DNA of 49,114 nt from Nemertoderma westbladi. Lineage: Eukaryota > Animalia > Xenacoelomorpha. Made by a program: the position numbers and the translations under genes. Below the pieces are notes generated by a model. It saw only the letters and a program-made list of their open reading frames with translations. It did not search any database and had not been told where the DNA came from. The stretch covers positions 1 through 49,114 of the forward strand of contig JAUCBJ010006584.1 of NCBI GenBank assembly GCA_032718475.1. Direction: 5' to 3'. Below are positions 37,301-48,977 of the stretch, in pieces (the first letter of the stretch is position 1; each line of letters opens with the position of its first letter).

Positions 37301-38296
37301 AAGAATTTTATCATTTACATTTGAAACTGTTAAAATTTTATATAAAACATGGATTAATTGTTACTAAACTACATAAATTATATTCTTTTCAACAAGAATT
37401 TGTATTTAAAAATTACATAGATTTTAATATTAATCAAAGGCGACTAGCAAAAAGTTACATTGAAACGGCTGTCGCGAAGCTGCTTAATAACTCTTTATTC
37501 GGTAAGTCAATAGAAAAGATACGGGACCGATGTAATTTTCGTATCGCAAATAGCAATGATAAATGTGACCAATTGGTGAATCGTATTAATCATGAACAAT
37601 TTATAATATACAATAATACATTATCGGGACATTTATTAGTGAAAGACTCTGTAACTCTCGATAAGCCTATATTTATTGGTAGCGCAGTGTTGGATTTGGC
37701 TAAACTTGATATGTATGAGCTGTACTACGATAAATTGCTACCTATTGAGAAAGAATTAAACTGCCGTATTGAAATTGCCGCATCAGATACAGACTCATTA
37801 ATAGGTTGTTATTATAACACATCGCAGAATAATTTTTTAAAAGCATTAATTAAAAATAATATTTTAGATACATCCAATTACCCCAAGGATCACCCGCTTT
37901 ATAGTAATAAAAATAAATCGAGACTTTATTACTGTAAAGATGAACTAGCCTCATATGAAATTAAACAAGCAGTATTTTTAAGACCAAAATTATATTCAAT
38001 TTTGGAATGGAATAACAAAAATATTCGTAGAGCAAAAGGTATTACAAGAGCTATTGTGGAAACGAATATTACACATGAAGAATATTTAAAAGCATATAAC
38101 TCAAATGAAGAAATAAAAAAAAACATACACAGATTTCAATCAAAATTACATTGTATTCATACCTTAAAGCAAAATAAATTTGCACTCAGTAGCTTTGATG
38201 ATAAACTTTATTGGGTTAATAAAAATCAATCACTTCCTTGGGGGCACTATAAAACAAACCTCAAAAAACCTATAAAAATATCAAATATACCAATTT

Positions 38297-38890
38297 ATGA
38301 AGAACCGAAAGGTGATGATGATTATGATGAATTATCAAATAGTAAATAAAAATATAAGTTGTAAGCAGATCATTTATGGACTTAATTTAAAAGAATTAAA
38401 AAATCAATTGACAGGTAAAATTGTACTCAAACCCAATCAGTTTATATATAAGGTATTTGCTGCAACCATATTAATGTTTACAAATGGACGAATAACAATT
38501 CTCGGTAGAAAATATAATTTTAATAAAGTGAAAAAGCATATATTCGAAAAAACAAACATTAATTTGATTTTTAAATCTATCAATTTGTGTACTTATATTT
38601 TTAGTATCGACACCGTAATCTATAGGTTACTTATAAACAATATTGGGTTTTATGTTATATTTGATAATGTTAAACTAGAAATTTCATACGACCCCGAAAT
38701 ATTCAATAACTGTAAAGTCAGAATAAATAATATTGTTGTTGTTTGCTGCTTCTACACTGGTAAATGTACATTAGGGTCAGTAAGCTTAAAAGTGGCCAAA
38801 AAGGGGTACAAATTGACCGAAAAATTTTTGTTGGAAATTAGTGCCATACCATACACCATTCGAAAGATAATTTCATGGCAAATCTTGTGA
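38297..38890 (+). CDS. Divergent TATA-box-binding-protein (TBP)-like protein
   Basis: Two-repeat pattern: LNLKEL (cf. LDLK.I), TILMFTNGRITILG (cf. TALIFSSGKMVCTG), SYDPEIF (cf. SYEPELF) and VVCCFYTGKCTL (cf. VLLIFVSGKVVL). The length of about 190 aa matches the TBP core. Confidence 0.7.
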   Translation: MKNRKVMMIMMNYQIVNKNISCKQIIYGLNLKELKNQLTGKIVLKPNQFIYKVFAATILMFTNGRITILGRKYNFNKVKKHIFEKTNINLIFKSINLCTYIFSIDTVIYRLLINNIGFYVIFDNVKLEISYDPEIFNNCKVRINNIVVVCCFYTGKCTLGSVSLKVAKKGYKLTEKFLLEISAIPYTIRKIISWQIL

Positions 38891-41734
38891 TGGTAGAGGG
38901 AGAGCATGACGCGCTGCTCAAAGGGAGTTACATGGCAAAAACTAATGTCATATCTGTAACGTTTTTGTCTACCACTGTAACGCATTACAGTGATGACATT
39001 TATGGGACAAACCTCTGTAACGGCCATCTGTAACGGTAATTATGTTATATGGATTTTGCAGTATTTATAACTTATTGCTTCGACAATAAGGTAATTTATT
39101 GGACAAACATCTGTAACAAACAGCGATATCTGACCATAACCATCGCATCCACTAAATTATATGTACATAATACACATGACTTCCAATAAATATAGAAAAA
39201 GTTTTTCATTAACATTTTTCTGTGTGACCGATAATCTTGTTTTACACGATTTTTTTATCCCGTTTCGCCACTTCTGTTATGATCTATTCTGATCACAATC
39301 TGTTATGTTTATGAAATGCCAGGTTGAGTAGCACAACTACCACTTATTGAGTGTAATAGTGTCGTATAAAAAAATAGTAATAGTTACAAGCTTGCCAGCG
39401 AGAGCTGACAATAATGGACGGATCCATTGCTATCAGCATTGTTGTAAGAAATTACGCGCCTATGCAGGGTGTATGAAAAACTAAAAACAAAACATTGGGC
39501 AAAGGACCGTCTGTACAATAAATTGTTTGTTAAAAAAACACTGTTTGTAGGAAATGTATCTTCTACAATTCTAAACGAAATAAAGCGAAATTTTGTAGAA
39601 AGCACATTTTATTAATACATAAAATGAATAGGATAGAGATTGTATATACTTGCAATTAATTCCTAGATTAAGATTACTTAGCACGGACCCAGAAGCTCTG
39701 GATTTATACAATTTCATATGTGAAGTGAATCTGCGTTTTAATCCCCAGAATCCACAATCACCTCTTCCCGGATAGAGATAAACATGAATTCGTGTTTTAC
39801 TCCCCTTACAGGATCCAGTAACACTGGACAATGAAAATTAGCTTGAATTCGCATTTTGCACTCATTTCCGGATTACATGAAAATCCAGATCCGCGTTTTA
39901 ACCTCAAAATCCGGGTACCGATCCGGATCCATGTTTTACACTTACCCATCTTACACTACCACATTACCATGAGCAGTTAGGATGTCAGTACGAAGACGAA
40001 GAACGTATCAAACGCGTAGGCATTCAAGTATTGTCAGTGATGCCATATTGTATTTCAGGATGACAATCCGTTACAGATAGGACTGTCATATAGATAGGAC
40101 TGAAAACCTACAGTCTGTAACGCATCGATAACTGGTTATATAATGCGTTTCAGATGAGACATCCCTTATCTGTAACGCACTGCACTGTAACAGTGACGCG
40201 TTACAGATGGTTGACAAAATCGCTTACCACCGCCATACATCCTAGGTGTTTATTTAGCACATTAACTCTTGGGGTTAATGCGGCATGAATTCAAATTGCC
40301 TTTCCACACGTACCATTATACTTGTATGATATTAATATTATCAAAATCTATGGCCACATTTGTAGCATTACAGATATGGACGTTTATGCTTTCAATATTG
40401 ACTTTGTTAAACATAAATGCTTCCCAAATGAGATGACCTTACCCTTTGTATGTGATATTTGGCCTATATATGTTAGAAACCCTGTAGATACTAAATATAT
40501 CAAAACTGAAAACCTACAGTTACTACTTCAGATTCTAGACATAAATGTTACAGATGTGACACAAAAATTGAAAAATCCATGCCCATTTTATGTATCGATC
40601 TCAAATGGTTCAACATGAATATTATGGCCTGAAATATATCGGAAAAGATAGCAAAACATCTAAGCTCCCCAACAATATATAGGTTTCCTATATATTTGCC
40701 ACTTGGGATGATAAAATTTACAGTTGTTTGTGGTCGAGTCATGTAAGGGACAACTGATTTTCACGATATTTCAGTCCTTAATGGGGTATATTTTTTGACT
40801 GCCTTAACAGATTTTGATAACTTTTAGTGCGTAAGCTGCGCAAATAAATTAGCTACAAAATAATATATAACTTTATTAAATACGAATAAATTAAAGCATT
40901 TAAAATTATATCGTAACTTCCGGACAAACCATTGGCCACTTTTAAGCTTATTGACCCATTAATGTGTTCTCCGTTTAAATTTCATATATATATATTATCC
41001 TATATTCAACAAACTGGTTAATAATTTATTATTGTTTGGTGGTGGGTTTTTGATGTAAAATATAATTAGAGAGAGTGAAATTTATTGTTGCTGTTTGGTG
41101 GTGGAGATTTTTTACTGTTAAATATATACCAGTATATATATATATATATTAAATTGAGGGAGAAGAAATTTATGAATATTTTTTAAATCAACAACTAGTT
41201 GGGGAAATTAACTAACTAACTAACTTCGGTAGAGCGATTGCTTGTAACACCCAAGTATGCATAGTATACCCAGAGACAGTAGCTAGCTAGCTAATCATCG
41301 CACGAGTGAGCTACAGTAGCGCATCTGTTACTTATGAGAGTGAGTGTGTGCGTGTGTGTGCAGCGGGCAACGCTAAGCTCGGTGAGAAAAGTTTAGGGCT
41401 ATGTACTGGTATTCATAGTCAAAGTCGAAGCCCTCCTATCTGTTACTAGCCTGTATACCAGTACATATTATTAAAACATCAGCTATGCATGTTGCATTTG
41501 TTGCATTGCAATGCATTTGTTAACTATGTGAATTTTGTAATGTAAACATCTGCGACCCGCTACAAAAATATATATAAACTCAATTTTTCTATCTTAAGTA
41601 TAATTTTGTTACCGTAAATAAAAAAAAAAATACCGGTATAGACCTACTTATATTTGTACTTTCAAAGAAAAAAAACTAACCCCCAAACTTCAGTCGCGGT
41701 GATCCATCATTCAATCAATCAACCAACATCCAAC

Positions 41735-42052
41735 ATGGCGTTCGCATTTATTGGCAATAGAGATAGCGACTGTTTACTAAAATTTTATCTCGAGGGGGAA
41801 GAGCTCTTTTTTACATCATTAAATGTAATGGAATTATATTTGAAAAATGACAATGGCGAGATAACTATAATGGTTAGAAATAAAACGAGCGGCGAAGGTC
41901 GACAAACTACATTGTCTACAAATAAAAACTTTAATTTAAACGTTCGGGTCCAGCCAGGAGAAGCTCACCAGATAAGTCTGGATAACTATAGTAGGGGTGA
42001 GCACTGGGAAGAACAAGAAGAAATATCAGTAGCTCCATTTGAGCACCCATAA
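41735..42052 (+). CDS. Small hypothetical protein (105 aa from the ATG at 41735)
   Basis: CCAACATGG Kozak-like start and an open frame; no recognisable motif. Confidence 0.4.
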   Translation: MAFAFIGNRDSDCLLKFYLEGEELFFTSLNVMELYLKNDNGEITIMVRNKTSGEGRQTTLSTNKNFNLNVRVQPGEAHQISLDNYSRGEHWEEQEEISVAPFEHP

Positions 42053-43015
42053 AGCTTAAAAGTAAAAGGAAATCTCTTTACACCTTGTTTTATGGTAAAT
42101 ATTATGACGACAAAATGAAGGGAACGAGCGTAACGAGGCTTATAGAGGGGTCGAGTAGAGTACTAAACCTGTGTTCATAAACTATTCGCAAAAGACCAAG
42201 TTTATAGTACATTAGCTGATAGGTATATGATTGTGGTTATCTGGTACATCTATACATACAGGTCTACGATATGGGAGGGATGAATGGGGGCTGAGTGAAC
42301 TTATTTTTTCCATTGGGTAAGGGTTGAAATGGGTCGGATTTAATGAAATTCAACTATACAAAAATAGTTCTCAGTTCATTCGAACATATTTGTGTTAAAT
42401 ATAATCAATTGTATGTACAATACTAAGTCTCTGGCTATGGTCTCCGGTATTTTTCTAAATAATTATCCGGGTAGGTTTCCTGTTCAACGGGATTAAGATA
42501 AATAGGTCTCTGTTTCAACTCTAGTATGTGTCTATTCAAACATAAACAAAATGTATATAGAAGAATATATAGAAACAAAGACATTAAATCCGAAACAGTA
42601 CAAGCCAACAGGGCAATCAAAAACCTTATCAAAAGAATAAGTTAAATTTTAGGTATATAAACCTGTAGCAGTAGCATTAGCGAATAATATCGTCATTTCT
42701 AATATTAATCAAAATTTAAAAATTTAACACCAACACTTTCTTTCATTTAGGTAATTACTTTCAGTTTAAGATAACACAATATATATAATTATAAGTAAAG
42801 ATACGAACAGGCAAACCGCGGGGTGCTGTACGAGTTTCTGTTGATAAATCGTGATGGATATCGGTTTGAGCCATCGACAGTCTTAATTGGTGTCTTTATG
42901 AACAGAGTTGATGTGTCTCTGTGGATTCCTATTTGTTGTGTAAACATTGTTACAATGCAAGCCATTATACTTGAACTTGACACCTTCATGAACTGATTCT
43001 ATGTGAATCTGTAGT

Positions 43016-43577
43016 CTGGTCAAAATCACTAAGTGGCCAAAACTAAACAAAAGCATTAGACACGTCGTAACTTTTGACTTCCTCGATCATCCCCCCCCCC
43101 CCCCCCAAGATGTACAACTCCAATCATAAAAATCAGGCGACAATATGAAAGAACCATTTATCCCATGTCCGATGAACAAATTTCAACCAATTGCATGTTA
43201 GTATATTCTTGTAGTGGTAGAATAAAGTTATGAAGTCGGTGTGTGTCGCTTGCTGAATGAAATTTCCCGGCCTTTTCAACTTGCCCAAACATTATAAAAT
43301 ATGTATATAAGAGATAAAAAACAGGCAGGAAATGTCCCCCCTGTAATGCCTCCATCCATTACAGGCTCTATACTGTACTATACGAAAATGGCCTTACAGA
43401 GGGGGGACTTAACTTAAAACCCAAATAATAGAGCAAATTAAATAAAATTTAATTGCTGTTCATTGTGCTCATCAACTTCTCCTAAAAAGAGCTTTCGAAT
43501 GATATGTTTGTTTTGAAACAAATTTTTTTTGACGAAAATCCCAACCTAATTTTGGACACTTTTAGTGATTTTGACCC
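43016..43577. mobile_element. MITE (PIF/Harbinger-like) inserted in the 3' part of the zinc-finger gene; counterpart at about 14961-15635
   Basis: TIR GGTCAAAATCACTAA..GTGGCCAAAA / TTTTGGACACTTTTAGTGATTTTGACCC, with flanking AGT duplication. Confidence 0.65.
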
Positions 43578-43619
43578 AGTCCTTGTTTGTAAATAAATTG
43601 TTCGTCACAAGAAATGCAA

Positions 43620-45686
43620 CTATTTATACTTGACACCTTTATGGACTGATTCAATGTGTCTCTTTAGGGTCCCCTTTTCGCTAAATTGTTTGTCACAAGA
43701 AACGCAATCAAACTTGACACCTTTATGGACTGATTCAACATGTCTCTTTAGGGTCCCCTTTTCGCTAAATTGTTTGTCACAAGAACCGCAATCAAACTTA
43801 ACACCTTTATGGACTGATTCAATGTGTCTCTTTAGTTTCCACTTTTCACTAAATTGTTTGTCGCAAGAAACGCAATCAAACTTGACACCTTTATGGACTG
43901 ATTCAACATGTCTCTTTAGGGTCCCCTTTTCGCTAAATTGTTTGTCACAAGAACCGCAATCAAACTTGACACCTTTATGGACTGATTCAATGTGTCTCTT
44001 TAGTTTCCACTTTTCACTAAATTGTTTGTCACAAGAAACGCAATCAAACTTAACACCTTTATGGAGGGATTCAACGTGTCTCTTTAGTTTCCACTTTCCA
44101 CTAAATTGTTTGTCACAAGAAACGCAATCAAACTTGACACCTTTATGGACGGATTCAACATGTCTCTTTAGTTTCCACTTTTCACTAAATTGTTTGTCAC
44201 AAGAAACGCAATCAAACTTAACACCTTTATGGACGGATTCAACGTGTCTCTTTAGTTTCCACTTTCCACTAAATTGTTTGTCACAAGAAACACAATCAAA
44301 CTTGACACCTTTATGGACTGATTCAACATGTCTCTTTAGGGTCCCCTTTTCGCTAAATTGTTTGTCACAAGAACCGCAATCAAACTTAACACCTTTATGG
44401 ACTGATTCAATGTGTCTCTTTAGGGTCCCCTTTTCGCTAAATTGTTTGTCACAAGAACCGCAATCAAACTTAACACCTTTATGGACTGATTCAATGTGTC
44501 TCTTTAGGGTCCCCTTTTCGCTAAATTGTTTGTCACAAGAACCGCAATCAAACTTAACACCTTTATGGACGGATTCAACGTGTCTCTTTAGTTCCCCCTT
44601 TTCACTAAATTGTTTGTCACAAGAAACGCAATCAAACTTGACACCTTTATGAACTGATAGGATGTGTGTCTTTAGATTCAATTTATCATTAAATTGTTTG
44701 TCACAAGAAACGCAATTATACTTGACACCTTTATGGTATGATTCAACGTGTCTCTTTAGGGTCCCCTTTTCGCTAAATTGTTTGTCACAAGAACCGCAAT
44801 CAAACTTAACACCTTTATGGACGGATTCAACATGTCTCTTTAGTTTCCCCTTTTCACTAAATTGTTTGTCACAAGAAACGCAATCAAACTTAACACCTTT
44901 ATGGACGGATTCAACATGTCTCTTTAGTTTCCACTTTTCACTAAATTGTTTGTCACAAGAAACGCAATCAAACTTGACACCTTTATGGACTGATTCAACA
45001 TGTCTCTTTAGTTTCCCCTTTTCGCTAAATTGTTTGTCACAAGAAACGCAATCAAACTTGACACCTTTATGGACTGATTCAACATGTCTCTTTAGTTTCC
45101 ACTTTTCACTAAATTGTTTGTCACAAGAAACGCAATCAAACTGATAGAAAGGAAGGGAAACGCAAGAAACGCAATTATACTTGACACCTTTATGGACGGA
45201 TTCAATGTGTCTCTTTAGCTTCCGTTTGTGACGAAATTGTTTATCACAATAAAAACAAATAAATGATTGTTTCACTTGATCATCTGAAATCTCTTCTTCC
45301 CTACCAAATTGTTCCTCAATAAACAACTCTTGTTTTACAACTCGAGATGTATCTTCGGAAGTACCGCAAATAGTTTCCGCTTTGGATTTAAAACTGATAA
45401 CATTTATACCGCTGTTTGTGTTGACTTGATTCGTAACATATTGTTCCCCAGTAATGAATTCCTGTTTTATCTTTCGAGAATTATCTTCGGAAGTACCACA
45501 AATAGATTCCGCTTCTGATTTAAAACTAACGTTTATTCCGTTGTTGGGGTAGCTGATTTCTTTATTAACAGTTGGTGGGGAGACGGAGTTCTCTTGTTCC
45601 TCATCACCGGACTGAAAATCATTTTCATCTGCCATGATACGATCCAATAAATCCCAAGCTTCGTTACTCAAAGTATTAGAGGACAT
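43620..45686 (-). CDS. C2H2 zinc-finger array protein, copy 2 (19 fingers, 84-bp repeat unit)
   Basis: 688-aa ORF of tandem CxxC-x12-H-x4-H units. Confidence 0.9.
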   Translation of the reverse strand: MSSNTLSNEAWDLLDRIMADENDFQSGDEEQENSVSPPTVNKEISYPNNGINVSFKSEAESICGTSEDNSRKIKQEFITGEQYVTNQVNTNSGINVISFKSKAETICGTSEDTSRVVKQELFIEEQFGREEEISDDQVKQSFICFYCDKQFRHKRKLKRHIESVHKGVKYNCVSCVSLPFYQFDCVSCDKQFSEKWKLKRHVESVHKGVKFDCVSCDKQFSEKGKLKRHVESVHKGVKFDCVSCDKQFSEKWKLKRHVESVHKGVKFDCVSCDKQFSEKGKLKRHVESVHKGVKFDCGSCDKQFSEKGTLKRHVESYHKGVKYNCVSCDKQFNDKLNLKTHILSVHKGVKFDCVSCDKQFSEKGELKRHVESVHKGVKFDCGSCDKQFSEKGTLKRHIESVHKGVKFDCGSCDKQFSEKGTLKRHIESVHKGVKFDCGSCDKQFSEKGTLKRHVESVHKGVKFDCVSCDKQFSGKWKLKRHVESVHKGVKFDCVSCDKQFSEKWKLKRHVESVHKGVKFDCVSCDKQFSGKWKLKRHVESLHKGVKFDCVSCDKQFSEKWKLKRHIESVHKGVKFDCGSCDKQFSEKGTLKRHVESVHKGVKFDCVSCDKQFSEKWKLKRHIESVHKGVKFDCGSCDKQFSEKGTLKRHVESVHKGVKFDCVSCDKQFSEKGTLKRHIESVHKGVKYK

Positions 45687-46311
45687 GTTTAATAAAATAA
45701 GGACTGAAAGACTAAATAATTGAAAATAACCACTAAAACCTCACCAGTTGGAGAATTGAATTGTCACCCTTTAATTTTAATTTATTTACACCAACCAATG
45801 GTTGTTGGTTACAACAACCATTTTTAGAAAGTTGGAGCCTCACCACATCTTAATTTTTTTCAATTTTCAATCATGCAACGAAATTTGGCATTGTTAGTTC
45901 GACATTGATGACCTTTCTTACTTTTGGCAGAACCTGAATTTTAATTTCTGAGCCATTTCGATACAACAAGCCGTTAAAAGACGCCAATTTAGCAATATTT
46001 AACCATCTATGTTGCCTGTTGGCATTATTTTTTGTCTTTTGAATTGAATGTAATTAATTTTCTAGAATTGAGTAATAAAAACATTAGAATCATAGCTGTT
46101 TACATTTAGAATTATAGCGACCTTTTGCAATTTTTAGTGAAATTTAAAACGCCGACGTGCTTAAAATGGTTGTTGTATTAAGGGAGATGGTGTATATATA
46201 AGTATATATATATACTCCCTTGTTGTTCCTAATGTTTTATAATTGGTGATTTGCGCCTACATTTCTATACGGTTTCATTTATTTGAATGTAGGTTTTACT
46301 GTGTATTTTAT

Positions 46312-46800
46312 ATCGGCGAACCGGGCGTTATCGTCGAAGTCGATGAGTCGCTAATAGCGAAGCCTAAAGGGAGACGTGGTACCACAAGGTGCCCGGGCAC
46401 TTGGTATTCGGCGCCATCTGCACGTGTGTACACAGTAGGACTTCCTTCAGATGGTCGGCGACCGTTCGGCATATACTTTACTGCCAATAATTATAGGCAA
46501 CTATATCGCGCCCAGATCCATCCTCCATTCCGATGGTTGGGCAGCGTACCAAGGGATCGGTACCATGCCGAACATGGTGTACACTGTAAGTAAACCCACC
46601 AAGTCGTGATACACGACACGGAACTTCGTCGACCCAGTAACTGGTCCCTGCACCAACCAGGTCGAGCGCTACTGTAAGAACTGCAAGCGCCGATTTATCG
46701 AAGTATGTCGATGTGGGGCGTCCAGAGCACCATGCTGCCCAGCCACCTGGACGAGTTCATGTGGCGCGAGTTGTACGGGAAAACTGCGAAGTGGCTACTG
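46312..46800 (+). pseudogene. Merlin (IS1595/ISXO2-like) DDE transposase remnant
   Basis: IGEPGVIVEVDESLIAKPK, LVFGAIC, LLPII, HSDGWAAY, NFVDPVTG.CTNQVE and LPSHLDEFMWRE with frameshifts. Confidence 0.88.
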
Positions 46801-47092
46801 ACCGGACCCATTGACCGGACCCTCTAAATACTGAAATACCGTATTGAAGCTTTGTATTTGATTTATATATTTACTTGTGTATTATTGACCGGACCCTTAT
46901 TACTCAACTTTGTGACCGGACCCACAATCCTGAAACATGAGTTAGCTTTCGTTTATTGTTTTGGTTCCCTCAGCACGCCTCTGTCAGTATTGCAGTAACG
47001 CTGTAACCTGCTGCTCCTTTACTAACCTGCTCCTTTAAATGGCAATGGGTCCGGTCAATTGAGCAATGGGGGCTTATTCCTGTTTGGGGGAC

Positions 47093-48063
47093 GGGTGCAT
47101 GTAAAGAGCGGACTGCGGACTACGGACTGTCAATTAAAATCCCAAATATGCGCGGTCAATTTGAATTATAGCATTATAATGTAAGAATCCGCTCTTTGTT
47201 GTCTGGACAAACGGCGGACTGAAGCCAGAAAATTGTAACCTGATTGGCTCAATCATTTACATAGGCCCAAAGGGAACTTTCCTGAATCCTCTTATTGGCT
47301 TAAATGTTTTCATTGTGACACATAGCAGCATAGAGATGTAGAGATGGAAACACAAACAATATTCCAACATTGCTACAGTATAATTATACTGCAAGTAATT
47401 AAGTAGGACTACCGGTGCGGTATCAATTAAGCTGCCGTGTCAGCAGGCATGTACTGTTGGCCTACCGGCTACTGGTCAGCCGGTTGAAGTTTTCGATTAA
47501 TTCAAACTAAAACTAAGTAGCCTATGATAAGTAACATAATCGATGGCGGCCGTATTGCACGTGCAGTAGGCCTATTCTTAAACGTCCAAAACTAAACTTA
47601 CTATAATACATCCAGGCTGCCAGGCTTACGTAAGATGAGAGTGCCTTGATGTGAAAGTTTAGGAAAATATTACCTGATTAGCCTACTACTGTATTTACAG
47701 TAGAGGTATAGGTGCGCCACTAGTCCTCAGTAGGTATAGGTTCGCCACTAGTAGTAGCCCCTTAATCAACAGTCCACGTAATTACTGTATAGGATAATTA
47801 TTTCCTGTACCGGTATTACAGTGTTGAATGGTAAACATTTAAAAGCCAATGCTGCAATGGGATGATTCATTCTTTAAGTTTTCTTTCAGCCTATGTAAAT
47901 GATTGAGCCAATCAGGTTACAATTTACCGGCTTCAGTCCACCATTTGTCCAGACAACAAAGAACGGATTCTTAGTTTGGAAGTCGATAATTCAAATTGAC
48001 CGCGTGGATTTTGGCAATCCGCAGTCCACAGTCCGCCTGTCCGCAGTCCGCTCTTTACATGCA
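47093..48063. mobile_element. MITE with about 170-bp TIRs
   Basis: TGCATGTAAAGAGCGGACTGCGGAC...CAATCATTTACATAGGC is mirrored by GCCTATGTAAATGATTG...GTCCGCAGTCCGCTCTTTACATGCA. Confidence 0.85.
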
Positions 48064-48334
48064 AAGATGCTTATTACATGCTTATTATATCCTATCTTAT
48101 TACAATACTGTCTGTCAATAATGTATTTCTTCAAACTGTAAAGACTGCTGATTTCTGGACTGTCAGACAGTTGATTTCACTATGCCTGTGCCAAAACATT
48201 CCATGATTTATAGACTATGAGAATGATTTCCATATGCGCCTGTGGTAAAAAGACTCTATATTTAATAGTTTGTGGTTGTTGTCGATAATCGATTACCACA
48301 TGACGTAGCAAAACACTCATTTTATAGCCAAAAA

Positions 48335-48977
48335 CAATTACCAATTGATGGAAAGGAGCAGGTTAAGGCCGAGTTTTCTAACCAAAACAATAAACAGTCA
48401 CTTTACCAAATCAGGGAAAGGAGCAGGTTACAGAGACGGGATTTTCTAACCAAAACAATAAACGATCACTTAACTAATTGAGGGAAAGGAGCAGGTTTAC
48501 AGAGGCGGGATTTTCTAACCAAAACAATAAACGATCACTTAACTTATTGAGGGAAAGGAGCAGGTTACAGAGGCGGGATTTTCTAACCAAAACAATAAAC
48601 GATCATTTAACTAATTGAGGGAAAGGGACAGGTTACAGAGGCGGAATTTTCTAACCAAAACAATAAACGATCATTTAACTAATTGAGGGAAAGGGGCAGG
48701 TTACAGAGGCGGGATTTTCTAACCAAAACAATAAACGATCATTTAACTAATTGAGGGAAAGGAGCAGGTTACAGAGACGGGATTTTCTAACCAAAACAAT
48801 AAACGATAACATTACCAATTGAGAGAAAGGAGCAGGTTACAGAGGCGGGATTTTCTAACCAAAACAATAACATTACCAATTGAGGGAAAGGAGCAGGTTA
48901 CAGAGGCGGGATTATCTAACCAAAACAATAAACGATCATTTAACTAATTGAGGGAAAGGGGCAGGTTACAGAGGCGG
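48335..48977 (+). repeat. About 69-bp tandem repeat, about 9 copies
   Basis: Unit GAGGGAAAGGAGCAGGTTACAGAGGCGGGATTTTCTAACCAAAACAATAAACGATCATTTAACTAATT. Confidence 0.95.

Larger units (their letters stand above)
29451..38349 (+). pseudogene. Protein-primed family B DNA polymerase (Polinton/Maverick/adintovirus type) with N-terminal C2H2 fingers; disrupted by stops, frameshifts and the 30708-35552 insertion
   Basis: Motifs in order: RGSGW, VINIQ..DNDCFKWAI, HYVCI.NL.RLL, YCERCL, YFDIEC (ExoI), RHHSHITGKY....C..CN, HN..NYD (ExoII), RKGVFPYEY, Y...DV..LADIFENFR, SIRGG, DFNSLY, KLLNNSLFGKS, SDTDS, RPKLYS, RAKGI. 36112..38349 is still an open 745-aa frame. Confidence 0.93.
42037..47092 (+). repeat. 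Duplicated segment, copy 2 (direct repeat of 14021-18296)
   Basis: Same termini and content as copy 1, with a longer finger array and a less-deleted Merlin remnant. Confidence 0.95.

Noticed and set aside
43630-45144. Plus-strand TPLWTDS repeat ORFs (also 15666-16226)
   Set aside because: Antisense shadows of the C2H2 finger array.
48335-48977. CRISPR-like appearance of regular repeats (also the 40-bp and 84-bp arrays)
   Set aside because: No unique spacers, no cas genes and a eukaryotic context; these are plain tandem repeats.
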